A DNA stretch of 64,000 nt from a bacterium (lineage in GTDB: Bacteria > Chloroflexota > Dormibacteria > Aeolococcales > Bog-877): contig JAJYWQ010000041.1 in NCBI GenBank assembly GCA_021791415.1, positions 5,348 to 69,347 of the forward strand, written 5' to 3'. The notes under the pieces are model-generated. The model had not been told where the DNA came from, made no database searches, and saw only the letters and a program-made list of their open reading frames with translations. A program made the position numbers and the translations under genes. Below are positions 37,212 through 45,197 of the stretch, piece by piece. Numbering within the stretch: the first letter of the stretch is position 1; every line of letters begins with the position of its first letter.

Positions 37212-37877
37212 TCAGGCTTCCCCGCCGGTGACGCGGGCGCGCAGAATCGGCACACCCGGTCCGTCCAGGTGGTCCAGGTATGGAGAGCGGCCGGCCATGC
37301 TCATCACCAGGGCTAGGGTGGAGCCGGAGACCAGCGGCCCGGTGCCGCTGGCGAAGGGGCCATCGTCAGCACGCAGTCGAAGGCCGGCGGCGGCGGTACG
37401 GCTGGGCACCGCGAAGTTGCGTCGGGCGAAGAACTCAGCCACGGGCGTCAGCGCGTCGACGGCTGGGACCCGGGGCAGCCCCAGCGGCTGACGGATGTCC
37501 TGGGCGTGCACGACGACCTCCCCGAGGTAGGCCGGGGTGTGCCGGGAGGGGGCGGTACGGCTCCCGATCACGGAGCGAAACCGGGCCAGGGTCTCGGCCG
37601 GGGACTCTCCCAGGTGCTCGGCCAGCCGACGCTGATTGTGCACATCGGCGCTGAAGCGTGCGCCGACCATGCTGCGCAGCCATCGCCACTGGGTCAGGCT
37701 TGCCGCGGCGGTGAGGTGGGCGACTACCTGCTCGACGTCCCACCGTTGGCACAGGGTGGCGTGCCGCCATTGCTCGGCACTGAGGGAGGACAGGTCGTCC
37801 GCAAGCGCAGCCCGTTCCGAGTGAGCCAGCCCCCAGAGGTGGTCGTCCAGTGATCCCGCCGCATTGTCCGGAGCCAT
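37212..37877 (-). CDS. Maleylpyruvate isomerase-family mycothiol-dependent enzyme (DinB-like, TIGR03083-type)
   Basis: ERAALADDLSSLSAEQWRHATLCQRWDVEQVVAHLTAAA; C-terminal SCP2-like part. Confidence 0.8.
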   Translation of the reverse strand: MAPDNAAGSLDDHLWGLAHSERAALADDLSSLSAEQWRHATLCQRWDVEQVVAHLTAAASLTQWRWLRSMVGARFSADVHNQRRLAEHLGESPAETLARFRSVIGSRTAPSRHTPAYLGEVVVHAQDIRQPLGLPRVPAVDALTPVAEFFARRNFAVPSRTAAAGLRLRADDGPFASGTGPLVSGSTLALVMSMAGRSPYLDHLDGPGVPILRARVTGGEA

Positions 37878-37917
37878 TTTGGTGCCTCAGCCGCCCCCCT
37901 GCCCGGAGGTCGGCAGG

Positions 37918-37994
37918 TGGTGGGCGCACCAGGAGTCGAACCTGGGGCCTCTACCGTGTCAGGGTAGCGCTCTAACCACCTGAGCTATGCGCCC
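37918..37994 (-). tRNA. tRNA-Val (anticodon GAC), CCA encoded
   Basis: Reverse strand GGGCGCA-TA-GCTC-AGGTGGTTA-GAGC-G-CTACC-CTGACAC-GGTAG-AGGCC-CCAGG-TTCGACT-CCTGG-TGCGCCC-A-CCA. All four stems pair. Confidence 0.9.
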
Positions 37995-38051
37995 GCCGGA
38001 GGGTTCGGATTATAGCTGCCGCTCGTCCATCCCCAGATCGGAGCGCCCCCC

Positions 38052-38057
38052 TAGAAT
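38052..38057 (+). promoter_or_regulatory. TAGAAT -10-like hexamer upstream of thrS
   Basis: TAGAAT lies 10 nt before ATG 38068, implying a very short leader or leaderless mRNA. No convincing -35. Confidence 0.2.
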
Positions 38058-38067
38058 GCGAGGTCAG

Positions 38068-39798
38068 ATGGCAGGAGTTGATCTGGACGTGCTGCGCCAC
38101 AGCGCCGCCCACCTCATGGCGGCGGCGGTCTGTGAGCTGTTCCCGGGCGCGGAGTACGCCATCGGCCCGGCTATCGAGGAGGGCTTCTACTACGACTTCC
38201 TGTTGCCCGAGGGGGCCAGGATCAGCGACTCCGATCTCCCCAACATCGAGCAGCGCATGCGGGAGATCCAGGGCCGCGACCCCGCGTACGAGCGGTTGGA
38301 GGTGGATCGGGATGCCGCCCTCCTGGAGTTCAACCGCCGCTCCCAGCGCTTCAAGGTGGAGCTGATCGAGAGGATCCCCGAGGGGGAGCTCATCACCTGC
38401 TACCGGACGGGCGACTTCTTCGACCTCTGCCGCGGGCCTCATGTAGGGCGCGCCTCTCAAATCCCCGCCTTCCGCTTGCTCCACACGGCGGGGGCCTACT
38501 GGCACGGGGACGAGAGCCAGCCCATGCTGCAGCGGGTCTACGGCACCGCCTTCCCCAGTGCCTCGGAGCTGGAGGAGTACCTGCAGAGGGTCGAGATGGC
38601 CCGGCAGCGCGACCACCGCCGCTTGGGGCGGGAGCTGGACCTTTTCTCGCTCCCCGAGGAGCTGGGCGGAGGACTCGTGCTCTGGCATCCCCGAGGGGCC
38701 GTGGTGCGGACGGTCATGGAGGACTACTGGCGGCGTGAGCACCAGCGCGCCGGCTACCAGCTCGTGTACACCCCGCACCTGGCCCGGGAGCGCCTCTGGG
38801 AGGTGAGCGGCCATCTCGGCTTCTTCGCGGACGAGATGTACGGGCCCATCGCTGTCGAGGGAGACCGCTACCGGGTGAAGCCGATGAGCTGCCCCTTTCA
38901 CATCCTCATCTACCGCTCACGTCCCCGCAGCTACCGCGAGCTCCCGCTCAGGCTGGCCGAGATCGCCTCGGTCTACCGCTTCCAGCGCAGTGGGACTCTG
39001 CACGGGCTGCTGCGGGTCCGGGGGATCACCCAGGACGACGCCCACATCTTCTGCACCGAGGAGCAGGCCGAGGAGGAGATCGTGGGGGTGCTGGAGCTGG
39101 CCTCGGAGATGCTCTCGAGGTTCGGCTTCAAGGAGTTGGAGGTGGACCTCAGCACCAAGCCGGCCAAGGCAGCTGGGGAGGATCGGATGTGGGAGCTGGC
39201 CGAGGCCGCCCTGGACCGCGCCCTTCGGAGGCGAGGCATGGAGTTCAAGGTCAACCCCGGGGAGGGCGCCTTCTACGGCCCCAAGGTGGATATTCACATC
39301 CGGGACGCCATGGGGCGCCGCTGGCAGTGCAGCACTGTCCAGTTCGACTTCAACGAGCCCGAGCGGTTCGACCTCGAGTACATCGGTCCGGACGGCGCCG
39401 CCCACCGGCCCATCATGGTCCACCGGGCCCTGCTGGGCTCCCTGGAGCGTTTCTTCGGGGTCCTCCTGGAGCACTACGGCGGCGCCCTGCCCTTCTGGCT
39501 GAGCCCGGAGCAGGTGCGCCTAGTCACGGTCAGCGACGACCAGCTGCCCTACGCCCTTGAGGTGGTGGCGGCTCTGGAGGCACGGGGCATCAGGGCTTCC
39601 CGGCCCCGCCCGGGGGAGACGATGCCGGCCCAGATCCGGGACGGCGAGATGGCCAAGGTCCCCTACCTGGCAGTGGTCGGGCGCCGGGAGGTGGAGGCCG
39701 GCCAGGTCAACCTTCGGGACACCCGGGGCGGGAGCAAGACGCTGGTCGGAGTCGACGAGCTGGCGGCGAGGCTGGCCGAGGAGACGGAGCAGGCTTGA
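38068..39798 (+). CDS. thrS: Threonine--tRNA ligase (no N-terminal TGS domain)
   Basis: Starts directly in the editing/SAD region (LRHSAAHLMAAAV), then CRGPHV, class II core (FRLLHTAGAYWHGD, MSCPFHILIY, RGITQDDAHIF), anticodon-binding domain. Confidence 0.95.
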   Translation: MAGVDLDVLRHSAAHLMAAAVCELFPGAEYAIGPAIEEGFYYDFLLPEGARISDSDLPNIEQRMREIQGRDPAYERLEVDRDAALLEFNRRSQRFKVELIERIPEGELITCYRTGDFFDLCRGPHVGRASQIPAFRLLHTAGAYWHGDESQPMLQRVYGTAFPSASELEEYLQRVEMARQRDHRRLGRELDLFSLPEELGGGLVLWHPRGAVVRTVMEDYWRREHQRAGYQLVYTPHLARERLWEVSGHLGFFADEMYGPIAVEGDRYRVKPMSCPFHILIYRSRPRSYRELPLRLAEIASVYRFQRSGTLHGLLRVRGITQDDAHIFCTEEQAEEEIVGVLELASEMLSRFGFKELEVDLSTKPAKAAGEDRMWELAEAALDRALRRRGMEFKVNPGEGAFYGPKVDIHIRDAMGRRWQCSTVQFDFNEPERFDLEYIGPDGAAHRPIMVHRALLGSLERFFGVLLEHYGGALPFWLSPEQVRLVTVSDDQLPYALEVVAALEARGIRASRPRPGETMPAQIRDGEMAKVPYLAVVGRREVEAGQVNLRDTRGGSKTLVGVDELAARLAEETEQA

Positions 39799-39854
39799 GT
39801 GCCTGTGGGCGCACGGCTCTCTACGTGTTAGCATCGGCCCCTCTGGCCTGAGCG

Positions 39855-39872
39855 AAGGAGGATGCGTCCATA
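39855..39872 (+). promoter_or_regulatory. infC translation-initiation region: AAGGAGGA, 7-nt spacer, non-canonical ATA start
   Basis: AAGGAGGA (39855-39862), tgcgtcc, ATA (39870-39872). An out-of-frame ATG (39862) runs into TAG after 3 codons. Confidence 0.5.
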
Positions 39873-40436
39873 GCGTTTCGCGAGCTGCACATCAACGACC
39901 AGATCCGGACCCCGCAGGTCCGGCTCTTCGACGACACGACTGACGAGGCGCTGGGGATAGTGACCCTGGCGGAGGCCCAGCGGCTGGCCCAGGAGAGGGG
40001 GCTCGACCTGGTGGAGGTGGCGCCGCAGGCCCAACCTCCGGTGTGTCGGCTCATGGACTATGGGCGATTCAAGTTCGAGGCCCTGAAGAGGGAGAAGGAA
40101 GCTCGTCGCGAGCACAACGCCATCCGCCTCAAGGAGATGAAGCTCCGGCCCAAGATCAGTGACCACGATTTCCAGACCAAGTACGGGTACGTGCGCCACT
40201 TCCTGGAGGAGGGCGACAAGGTCAAGCTCACTATCATGTTCAGGGGCCGCGAGCTGGTCCACCAGGAAATCGGGCGGGCGCTCTTGCAGCGGCTGGCCGA
40301 AGAGGTGAAGGACGTGGCCCAGGTCGAGCGGCAGCCCCTCCTGGAGGGGCGCAACATGATCATGATTCTCAATCCGGTGCAGAAGAAGCCCAGCAGGGGA
40401 GAGGCGAACCACAATGCCCAAGATCCGCAGCCATAA
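39870..40436 (+). CDS. infC: Translation initiation factor IF-3 (ATA start)
   Basis: IAFRELHINDQIRTPQVRLFDDTTDEALGIVTLAEAQRLAQERGLDLVEV... The conserved IF-3 N-domain lies upstream of the track ORF start (GTG 39960). In-frame stop at 39849. Confidence 0.85.
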   Translation: MAFRELHINDQIRTPQVRLFDDTTDEALGIVTLAEAQRLAQERGLDLVEVAPQAQPPVCRLMDYGRFKFEALKREKEARREHNAIRLKEMKLRPKISDHDFQTKYGYVRHFLEEGDKVKLTIMFRGRELVHQEIGRALLQRLAEEVKDVAQVERQPLLEGRNMIMILNPVQKKPSRGEANHNAQDPQP

Positions 40437-40617
40437 GGGGACCCAGAAGCGCTTCCGGGTCTCGGGCGGGGGCAAGCTGCTCCGCCGGGGAGCGTTCCAG
40501 TCCCACCTTCTGGAGCACAAGTCGGCCAAGCGCAAGCGTGGTTACGCCCAGATGCAGGTGGTCGACTCCGGGGATGCCAAGGTGGTCCGGCGCAACGCGC
40601 CGTACCTGGAGGGCTGA
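40414..40617 (+). CDS. rpmI: 50S ribosomal protein L35
   Basis: MPKIRSHKGTQKRFRVSGGGKLLRR... Confidence 0.95.
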   Translation: MPKIRSHKGTQKRFRVSGGGKLLRRGAFQSHLLEHKSAKRKRGYAQMQVVDSGDAKVVRRNAPYLEG

Positions 40618-40620
40618 GCT

Positions 40621-40983
40621 GTGGCCCGGGTGAAGCGGGGCGTGACCGCCCGCAAGCGCCACAAGCGGCTCCTGGAGGAGGCCTCGGGCCTCACGGGCTC
40701 CCACAACCGGCTCTACCGGCCCGCCCACGAGGCGGTCATGCACAAGCTGGCCTACCAGTACCGTGACCGTCGCCGCCGCAAGGGAGACTTCCGCCGGCTT
40801 TGGATCGCCCGCATCAACGCCGCGGTGCGGCAGAGCGGGATCACCTACAGCCGCTTCATGGCCGCCATCGGCGCGGCCGGGGTGATGATCTCCCGCAAGG
40901 AGATGGCCGAGCTGGCGGTGAGGGACCCCGGGGCGTTCGCCAAGCTGGTTGAGCTGGCCAAGGAGGGGACCACCCCGCAGTGA
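40621..40983 (+). CDS. rplT: 50S ribosomal protein L20
   Basis: MARVKRGVTARKRHKRLL...AYQYRDRRRRKGDFRRLWIARINAA. Confidence 0.95.
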   Translation: MARVKRGVTARKRHKRLLEEASGLTGSHNRLYRPAHEAVMHKLAYQYRDRRRRKGDFRRLWIARINAAVRQSGITYSRFMAAIGAAGVMISRKEMAELAVRDPGAFAKLVELAKEGTTPQ

Positions 40984-42014
40984 CCGCGGTCGACCTCCAG
41001 GAGCTCACAGCGATGGCCCTGGAGGAGATCGCCAGGGCGGACAGCCTGGACCGGCTGGATGAGGTGCGACTGCGCTACCTGGGCCGGCGGGATGGTCTGG
41101 TGACCCTGGCTGGACAGCGTCTCCGGGAGCTCGCCCCCGAACAGCGGGCCGCCTTCGGCCAGGAATTCAACCGGGCCAGCGGACAGCTCCGCTCGGCACT
41201 GGAGACCCGGCAGCGGGAGCTGGCGTCCGGGGAGGCGCAGCTGCGGGAGGATGCGGAGTGGGTGGACATGAGCCACCCCTTCCGGGAGGCGGACCAGGGC
41301 CACTCCCACCCGGTGACGGGACTGATCAGAGAGATCGAGGACATCTTCGCCTTCCTCGGCTATCAGTCGGTGGGCGGGCCCGAGCTCGAGGACGACCAGC
41401 ACAACTTCCAGCTGCTCAACATGCCCCCGGAGCACCCCGCCCGGGACAGCCACGACACCTTCTACCTCAGCCCGCCCGCCGGCGGCTGGCTCTACCGCAC
41501 CCACACATCCCCGGTCCAGATGCGGGCGATGCTGGGTTCGCCGCCCCCACTGCGGATCATCGTCCCGGGGAAGGTGGCCCGCAGGGACAATCCCGACCCC
41601 ACCCACACCCCCGTGTTTCATCAGGTGGAGGGGCTGTGCGTCGACCACGGGGTGACCCTGGGGGACCTGAAGGGTACCTTGGAGTACGCCATCCGGGCGC
41701 TGTTCGGCCGGGATCGGCGGGTGCGCCTGCGGGCCAGCTTCTTCCCCTACACCGAGCCCAGCCTGGAGGCGGACGTCGCCTGCGCCGTTTGCCAGGGGGC
41801 CGGTTGCCGGACCTGTCTTCAGAAGGGCTGGATCGAGATCCTGGGGTCGGGGATGGTCCATCCCCAGGTGCTGCGCAACGGCGGGGTGGACCCCGAGACC
41901 TACAGCGGCTTCGCCTTCGGAATGGGGCCAGATCGGATAGCCGTCCTGCGCTACGGGTTGACCGACCTGCGCGACCTCTACGAGAACGATCTGCGCCTTT
42001 TGGAGTGCTTCTGA
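40980..42014 (+). CDS. pheS: Phenylalanine--tRNA ligase alpha subunit
   Basis: HPARDSHDTFY, RTHTSPVQMR, FHQVEGL, FFPYTEPS, GSGMVHP, FAFGMGPDRIA. Confidence 0.95.
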   Translation: MTAVDLQELTAMALEEIARADSLDRLDEVRLRYLGRRDGLVTLAGQRLRELAPEQRAAFGQEFNRASGQLRSALETRQRELASGEAQLREDAEWVDMSHPFREADQGHSHPVTGLIREIEDIFAFLGYQSVGGPELEDDQHNFQLLNMPPEHPARDSHDTFYLSPPAGGWLYRTHTSPVQMRAMLGSPPPLRIIVPGKVARRDNPDPTHTPVFHQVEGLCVDHGVTLGDLKGTLEYAIRALFGRDRRVRLRASFFPYTEPSLEADVACAVCQGAGCRTCLQKGWIEILGSGMVHPQVLRNGGVDPETYSGFAFGMGPDRIAVLRYGLTDLRDLYENDLRLLECF

Positions 42015-44402
42015 GTGAGGGTGAGCCACGAGTGGCTGGGAGAGATGGTGGACCTGGAGGGCCTGGAGCCCGCCCAGGTCGCGGACCTACTCACGCTGAG
42101 CGGCACCGAGGTGGAGAAGGTCACGCCGTTTGGGGTGGGGTTGGACCAGGTGGTGGTGGGTGAGGTGGTCGGCCTGCGCCGCGTGGAGGGGAGCGACCAT
42201 CTCTTCCTCGCCCATGTCGCCACCCCCGGGCTGGAGCCCCAGGGGGTGGTCTGCGGTGCCGACAACCTCTTCGTGGGGGCTCTGGTCCCGTGGGCCCGTC
42301 CCGGCACCCGGCTGCCCATCGGTGCGGAGATCGGGCGCAAGCGGCTGCGGGGGATCTGGAGCGAGGGGATGCTCTGCGCTCCGGACGAGCTGGGGCTGGG
42401 CTCGGACCACGACGGGGTGTTGATCCTCAGCCCGGAGGACGCCGAAGTCGGGATGGCGTTGGACATGGTGTATCCCGCGGACCACCTCTACGAGCTTGAG
42501 GTTCTCAGCAACCGCGCCGACTGCCTCTCCCACTGGGGTGTGGCGCGCGAGCTGTCGGCTCTGCTCTCCCGACCGCTGCGGGACCCTGAGGCCGTCCGGC
42601 CAGCGCGCTCCGCGTCGACCCCCGCGGTGCAGGTGACTGTGGCTTCCTCGGTCGACTGCCCCGTCTATCTGGCCGAGGTCCTCACCGGTTTCAGCAACAC
42701 CCCCGCACCCGCTTTCGTCCGGCGGCGCCTGGCAGCCATCGGGCAGCGATCGCTGGGGGGGATCGTCGATCTCGCCAACTACGTCATGTTCGAGATCGGA
42801 CAGCCCCTCCACACCTTCGACTTGGACCGTCTTCCCTCACGCGGGGCGGAGCTGCCCGTGGGGGTGAGGCGAGGCCGGGACGGGGAGTCGATCAGCTGCC
42901 TGGACGGGGTTGCGCGCCAGCTCGACCCCGAGACCCTGGTGATCACCGTGGGAGACGCTCCCCAGGCGGTTGCCGGACTGATCGGGGGGGAGGCGTCTGC
43001 GGTGGGCCAGGAAACCGGCCGGGTGCTGCTGGAGGCCGCCAATTTCAACTGGGCCAGGCTCCGCTCAACCTCCCGACGGCTCCGTCTCAGGACCGAAGCC
43101 TCTGCCAGGTTCGAGCGCCAACTGTCACCGCATCTGGCGAGAAGGGGTGCGGACCGCTTCGTCCACCTGGCGGTCCGGCACCTGGGGGCAAAGCTGGGCC
43201 CGGGTGCAGAAGGGGGCGCACCACTGGCACCGGCCGCAGCCATCCGCTGCGACCCCGTGCGGATCTCCTCGATCCTGGGGATGGAGCTGGGTCCGGAGGC
43301 GGTCGCCAGCCCGCTGCGGCGCCTCCAGTTCGAAGTGCGGCAGGAGGGAGGTGAGATGCTCGCCACCCCGTCCCCCTATCGCACCGACGTGACGTCGGCT
43401 GTGGACCTGGCCGAGGAGGTCGGGCGGATCATCGGGTACGGGGAGGTCCCCGGGACGCTGCCAGCGATCCGCCAGCCACCTCCGCTCGAGGCGCTGGCGG
43501 AGCCGGTGGCCCGCCTCACGTCCGCAGCCTGCCGGGCTGCCGGCTTCAGCGAAGCTCTGAGCCTCAGCCTGGTGTCGGGCGAGCGCGAGAGGCTGGCGCC
43601 GCGCCTGGTCGGAGACCTCGCCCACTTGGAGCTGGCCAATCCCCTCTCGATGCAGTTGGGAAGCCTGCGCCAAGGCCTGCTGCAGGGGCTGCTCCAGAGC
43701 GCTCACCACAACCAGGCGCGCGGCCAGGACAGGATCCGTCTGTTCGAGCAGGGGGCGGCCTTCTGGGCGAGGGGCCAGGAGCGGCCTGAGGAGCCCTGGA
43801 TGCTGGCGGCCCTGGACCTGGCAGACGATTCCGCTGAAGAAGGGGCGACCCGGCTGCGGCGCCTGATGGCGCTCATCGCGTCCCTCTCCAGCGTCGGCGG
43901 CGGGGGGGCGGTGGAATTTCGTCCGGTCACCTGGCCGGCGCTTCACAGGGCCCGGGCGGCCGAGGTTTGGGCCGGCGCGCAGCGCCGAGGCATCGTGGGC
44001 GAGGTGGCCCAGCCGGTGACCGACCTCTTCGACGTCCGGGGACGGGTGGAGGTGGCCGAGCTGCGCCTGGACGGCTGGCTCAAGCCCGGTGGCCGGCCGG
44101 GTCACGCCCCCCCGCTCCCACGCACGCCGGCGCTGGTGCTCGACCTCTCGGTGACCGTTCCCAGCCGGGCCCTCCTGGGGCCGGCGCTCCGGGCGGTCGC
44201 CGCGCTGGAGCTGCCTGAACTGGAGCTGGTAACCCCCCTTGACGAGTACCTAGGGGATCAGCTCGGTCCGGGAGTCAAGGGCTGGACACTGCGGCTCCGT
44301 CTCCGTCACCCGGAGCGCACGCTGACGGCCGCCGAGGGGGATCGGGCCCGCCAGGCCGTGCTGCGGGCGCTGGAGGTGGAGGTCGGCGCAAAGCCCCGGT
44401 GA
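42015..44402 (+). CDS. pheT: Phenylalanine--tRNA ligase beta subunit
   Basis: MRVSHEWLGEMVDL, tRNA-binding OB domain, B3/4, B5 and FDX-ACB domains; 795 aa. Confidence 0.95.
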   Translation: MRVSHEWLGEMVDLEGLEPAQVADLLTLSGTEVEKVTPFGVGLDQVVVGEVVGLRRVEGSDHLFLAHVATPGLEPQGVVCGADNLFVGALVPWARPGTRLPIGAEIGRKRLRGIWSEGMLCAPDELGLGSDHDGVLILSPEDAEVGMALDMVYPADHLYELEVLSNRADCLSHWGVARELSALLSRPLRDPEAVRPARSASTPAVQVTVASSVDCPVYLAEVLTGFSNTPAPAFVRRRLAAIGQRSLGGIVDLANYVMFEIGQPLHTFDLDRLPSRGAELPVGVRRGRDGESISCLDGVARQLDPETLVITVGDAPQAVAGLIGGEASAVGQETGRVLLEAANFNWARLRSTSRRLRLRTEASARFERQLSPHLARRGADRFVHLAVRHLGAKLGPGAEGGAPLAPAAAIRCDPVRISSILGMELGPEAVASPLRRLQFEVRQEGGEMLATPSPYRTDVTSAVDLAEEVGRIIGYGEVPGTLPAIRQPPPLEALAEPVARLTSAACRAAGFSEALSLSLVSGERERLAPRLVGDLAHLELANPLSMQLGSLRQGLLQGLLQSAHHNQARGQDRIRLFEQGAAFWARGQERPEEPWMLAALDLADDSAEEGATRLRRLMALIASLSSVGGGGAVEFRPVTWPALHRARAAEVWAGAQRRGIVGEVAQPVTDLFDVRGRVEVAELRLDGWLKPGGRPGHAPPLPRTPALVLDLSVTVPSRALLGPALRAVAALELPELELVTPLDEYLGDQLGPGVKGWTLRLRLRHPERTLTAAEGDRARQAVLRALEVEVGAKPR

Positions 44403-44965
44403 GCCCGGTGGATCGGCGCCTGGGCCGACGCTTCTTCGCCCGCTCCAGTCCCGAAGTGGCTCGCGAGTTGGTCGGGTGCTGGGTGGTGCGGCTGGGCCCC
44501 ACGGGCCCGGTCAGGCTGGAGCTCCTGGAGGTGGAGGCCTACCTCGGCGAATCGGACGCCGCCTCGCATGCCCACCGCGGCCCCACGCCCCGCAACCTGC
44601 CCATGTACGGACCTGCCGGCCACGCCTACGTGTACTTCGTCTACGGGATGCATCACTGCCTCAACGTGGTGACCGGACCGGACGGCGAGGCCCAGGCGGT
44701 CCTGCTCCGGGCGGGCCGCCGGACCTCAGGGGAGGTGGTGGGCGGGCCGGCGCTTCTCTGCCGCGCCCTCGGGGTGACGTTGGCGGAGAACCGCCTGGAC
44801 CTCTGCTCCCGGAGCACAGACCTCTGGCTCGAGGCCGGCGCGGCGGGGCGGGACGTCGCGACCGGACCCCGCATCGGCGTGCGGGATCCCGCCCCTCTGC
44901 GCTACTACCTGGCCGGGACGGTGACGGCAAAAAAGAGGAGCGGGCGCAAAGGCCCGCTCCCATGA
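44399..44965 (+). CDS. mpg: DNA-3-methyladenine glycosylase (Mpg/AAG family)
   Basis: FFARSSPEVARELVGCWVV, EVEAYLGESDAASHAHRGPTPRN, GHAYVYFVYGMHHCLNVV. GTGA overlap with the pheT stop. Confidence 0.85.
   Translation: MSPVDRRLGRRFFARSSPEVARELVGCWVVRLGPTGPVRLELLEVEAYLGESDAASHAHRGPTPRNLPMYGPAGHAYVYFVYGMHHCLNVVTGPDGEAQAVLLRAGRRTSGEVVGGPALLCRALGVTLAENRLDLCSRSTDLWLEAGAAGRDVATGPRIGVRDPAPLRYYLAGTVTAKKRSGRKGPLP
44927..44960 (-). terminator. Canonical rho-independent terminator for a minus-strand transcript, embedded in the 3' end of mpg
   Basis: Minus strand: GGAGCGGGC-ctttgc-GCCCGCTCC (9-bp GC stem) followed by TCTTTTTTGCC. Six consecutive T is exceptional in this sequence. Confidence 0.6.
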
Positions 44966-45197
44966 GTCACCGGTGCTGTAGGCACCGCGTCCGGCGGATA
45001 AGCCGGAACGAAATACGTGGCGAGTCGCCCTCTGCCGGGGCCCAACGCGAGACAGCGGAACCTTCCGCCGGGATGGCCCCGGGGGGCCGCTCACTCCGCC
45101 CTGGTGTGCCTCAGCATGCTCCAGACGGTACGCACTACGTGACACCTCCGTCTGAACCCGGATACCTGAGGCCAACATAGCACGTTGGGCGCAGCTG

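Noticed and set aside
44966-45197. SRP (4.5S) RNA, tmRNA or 6S RNA
   Set aside because: There is no GGAA-capped helix 8 with the AGCAGC/GGCAG motif and no tRNA-like ends. 6S cannot be judged by eye. Kept only as an unclassified structured RNA candidate.
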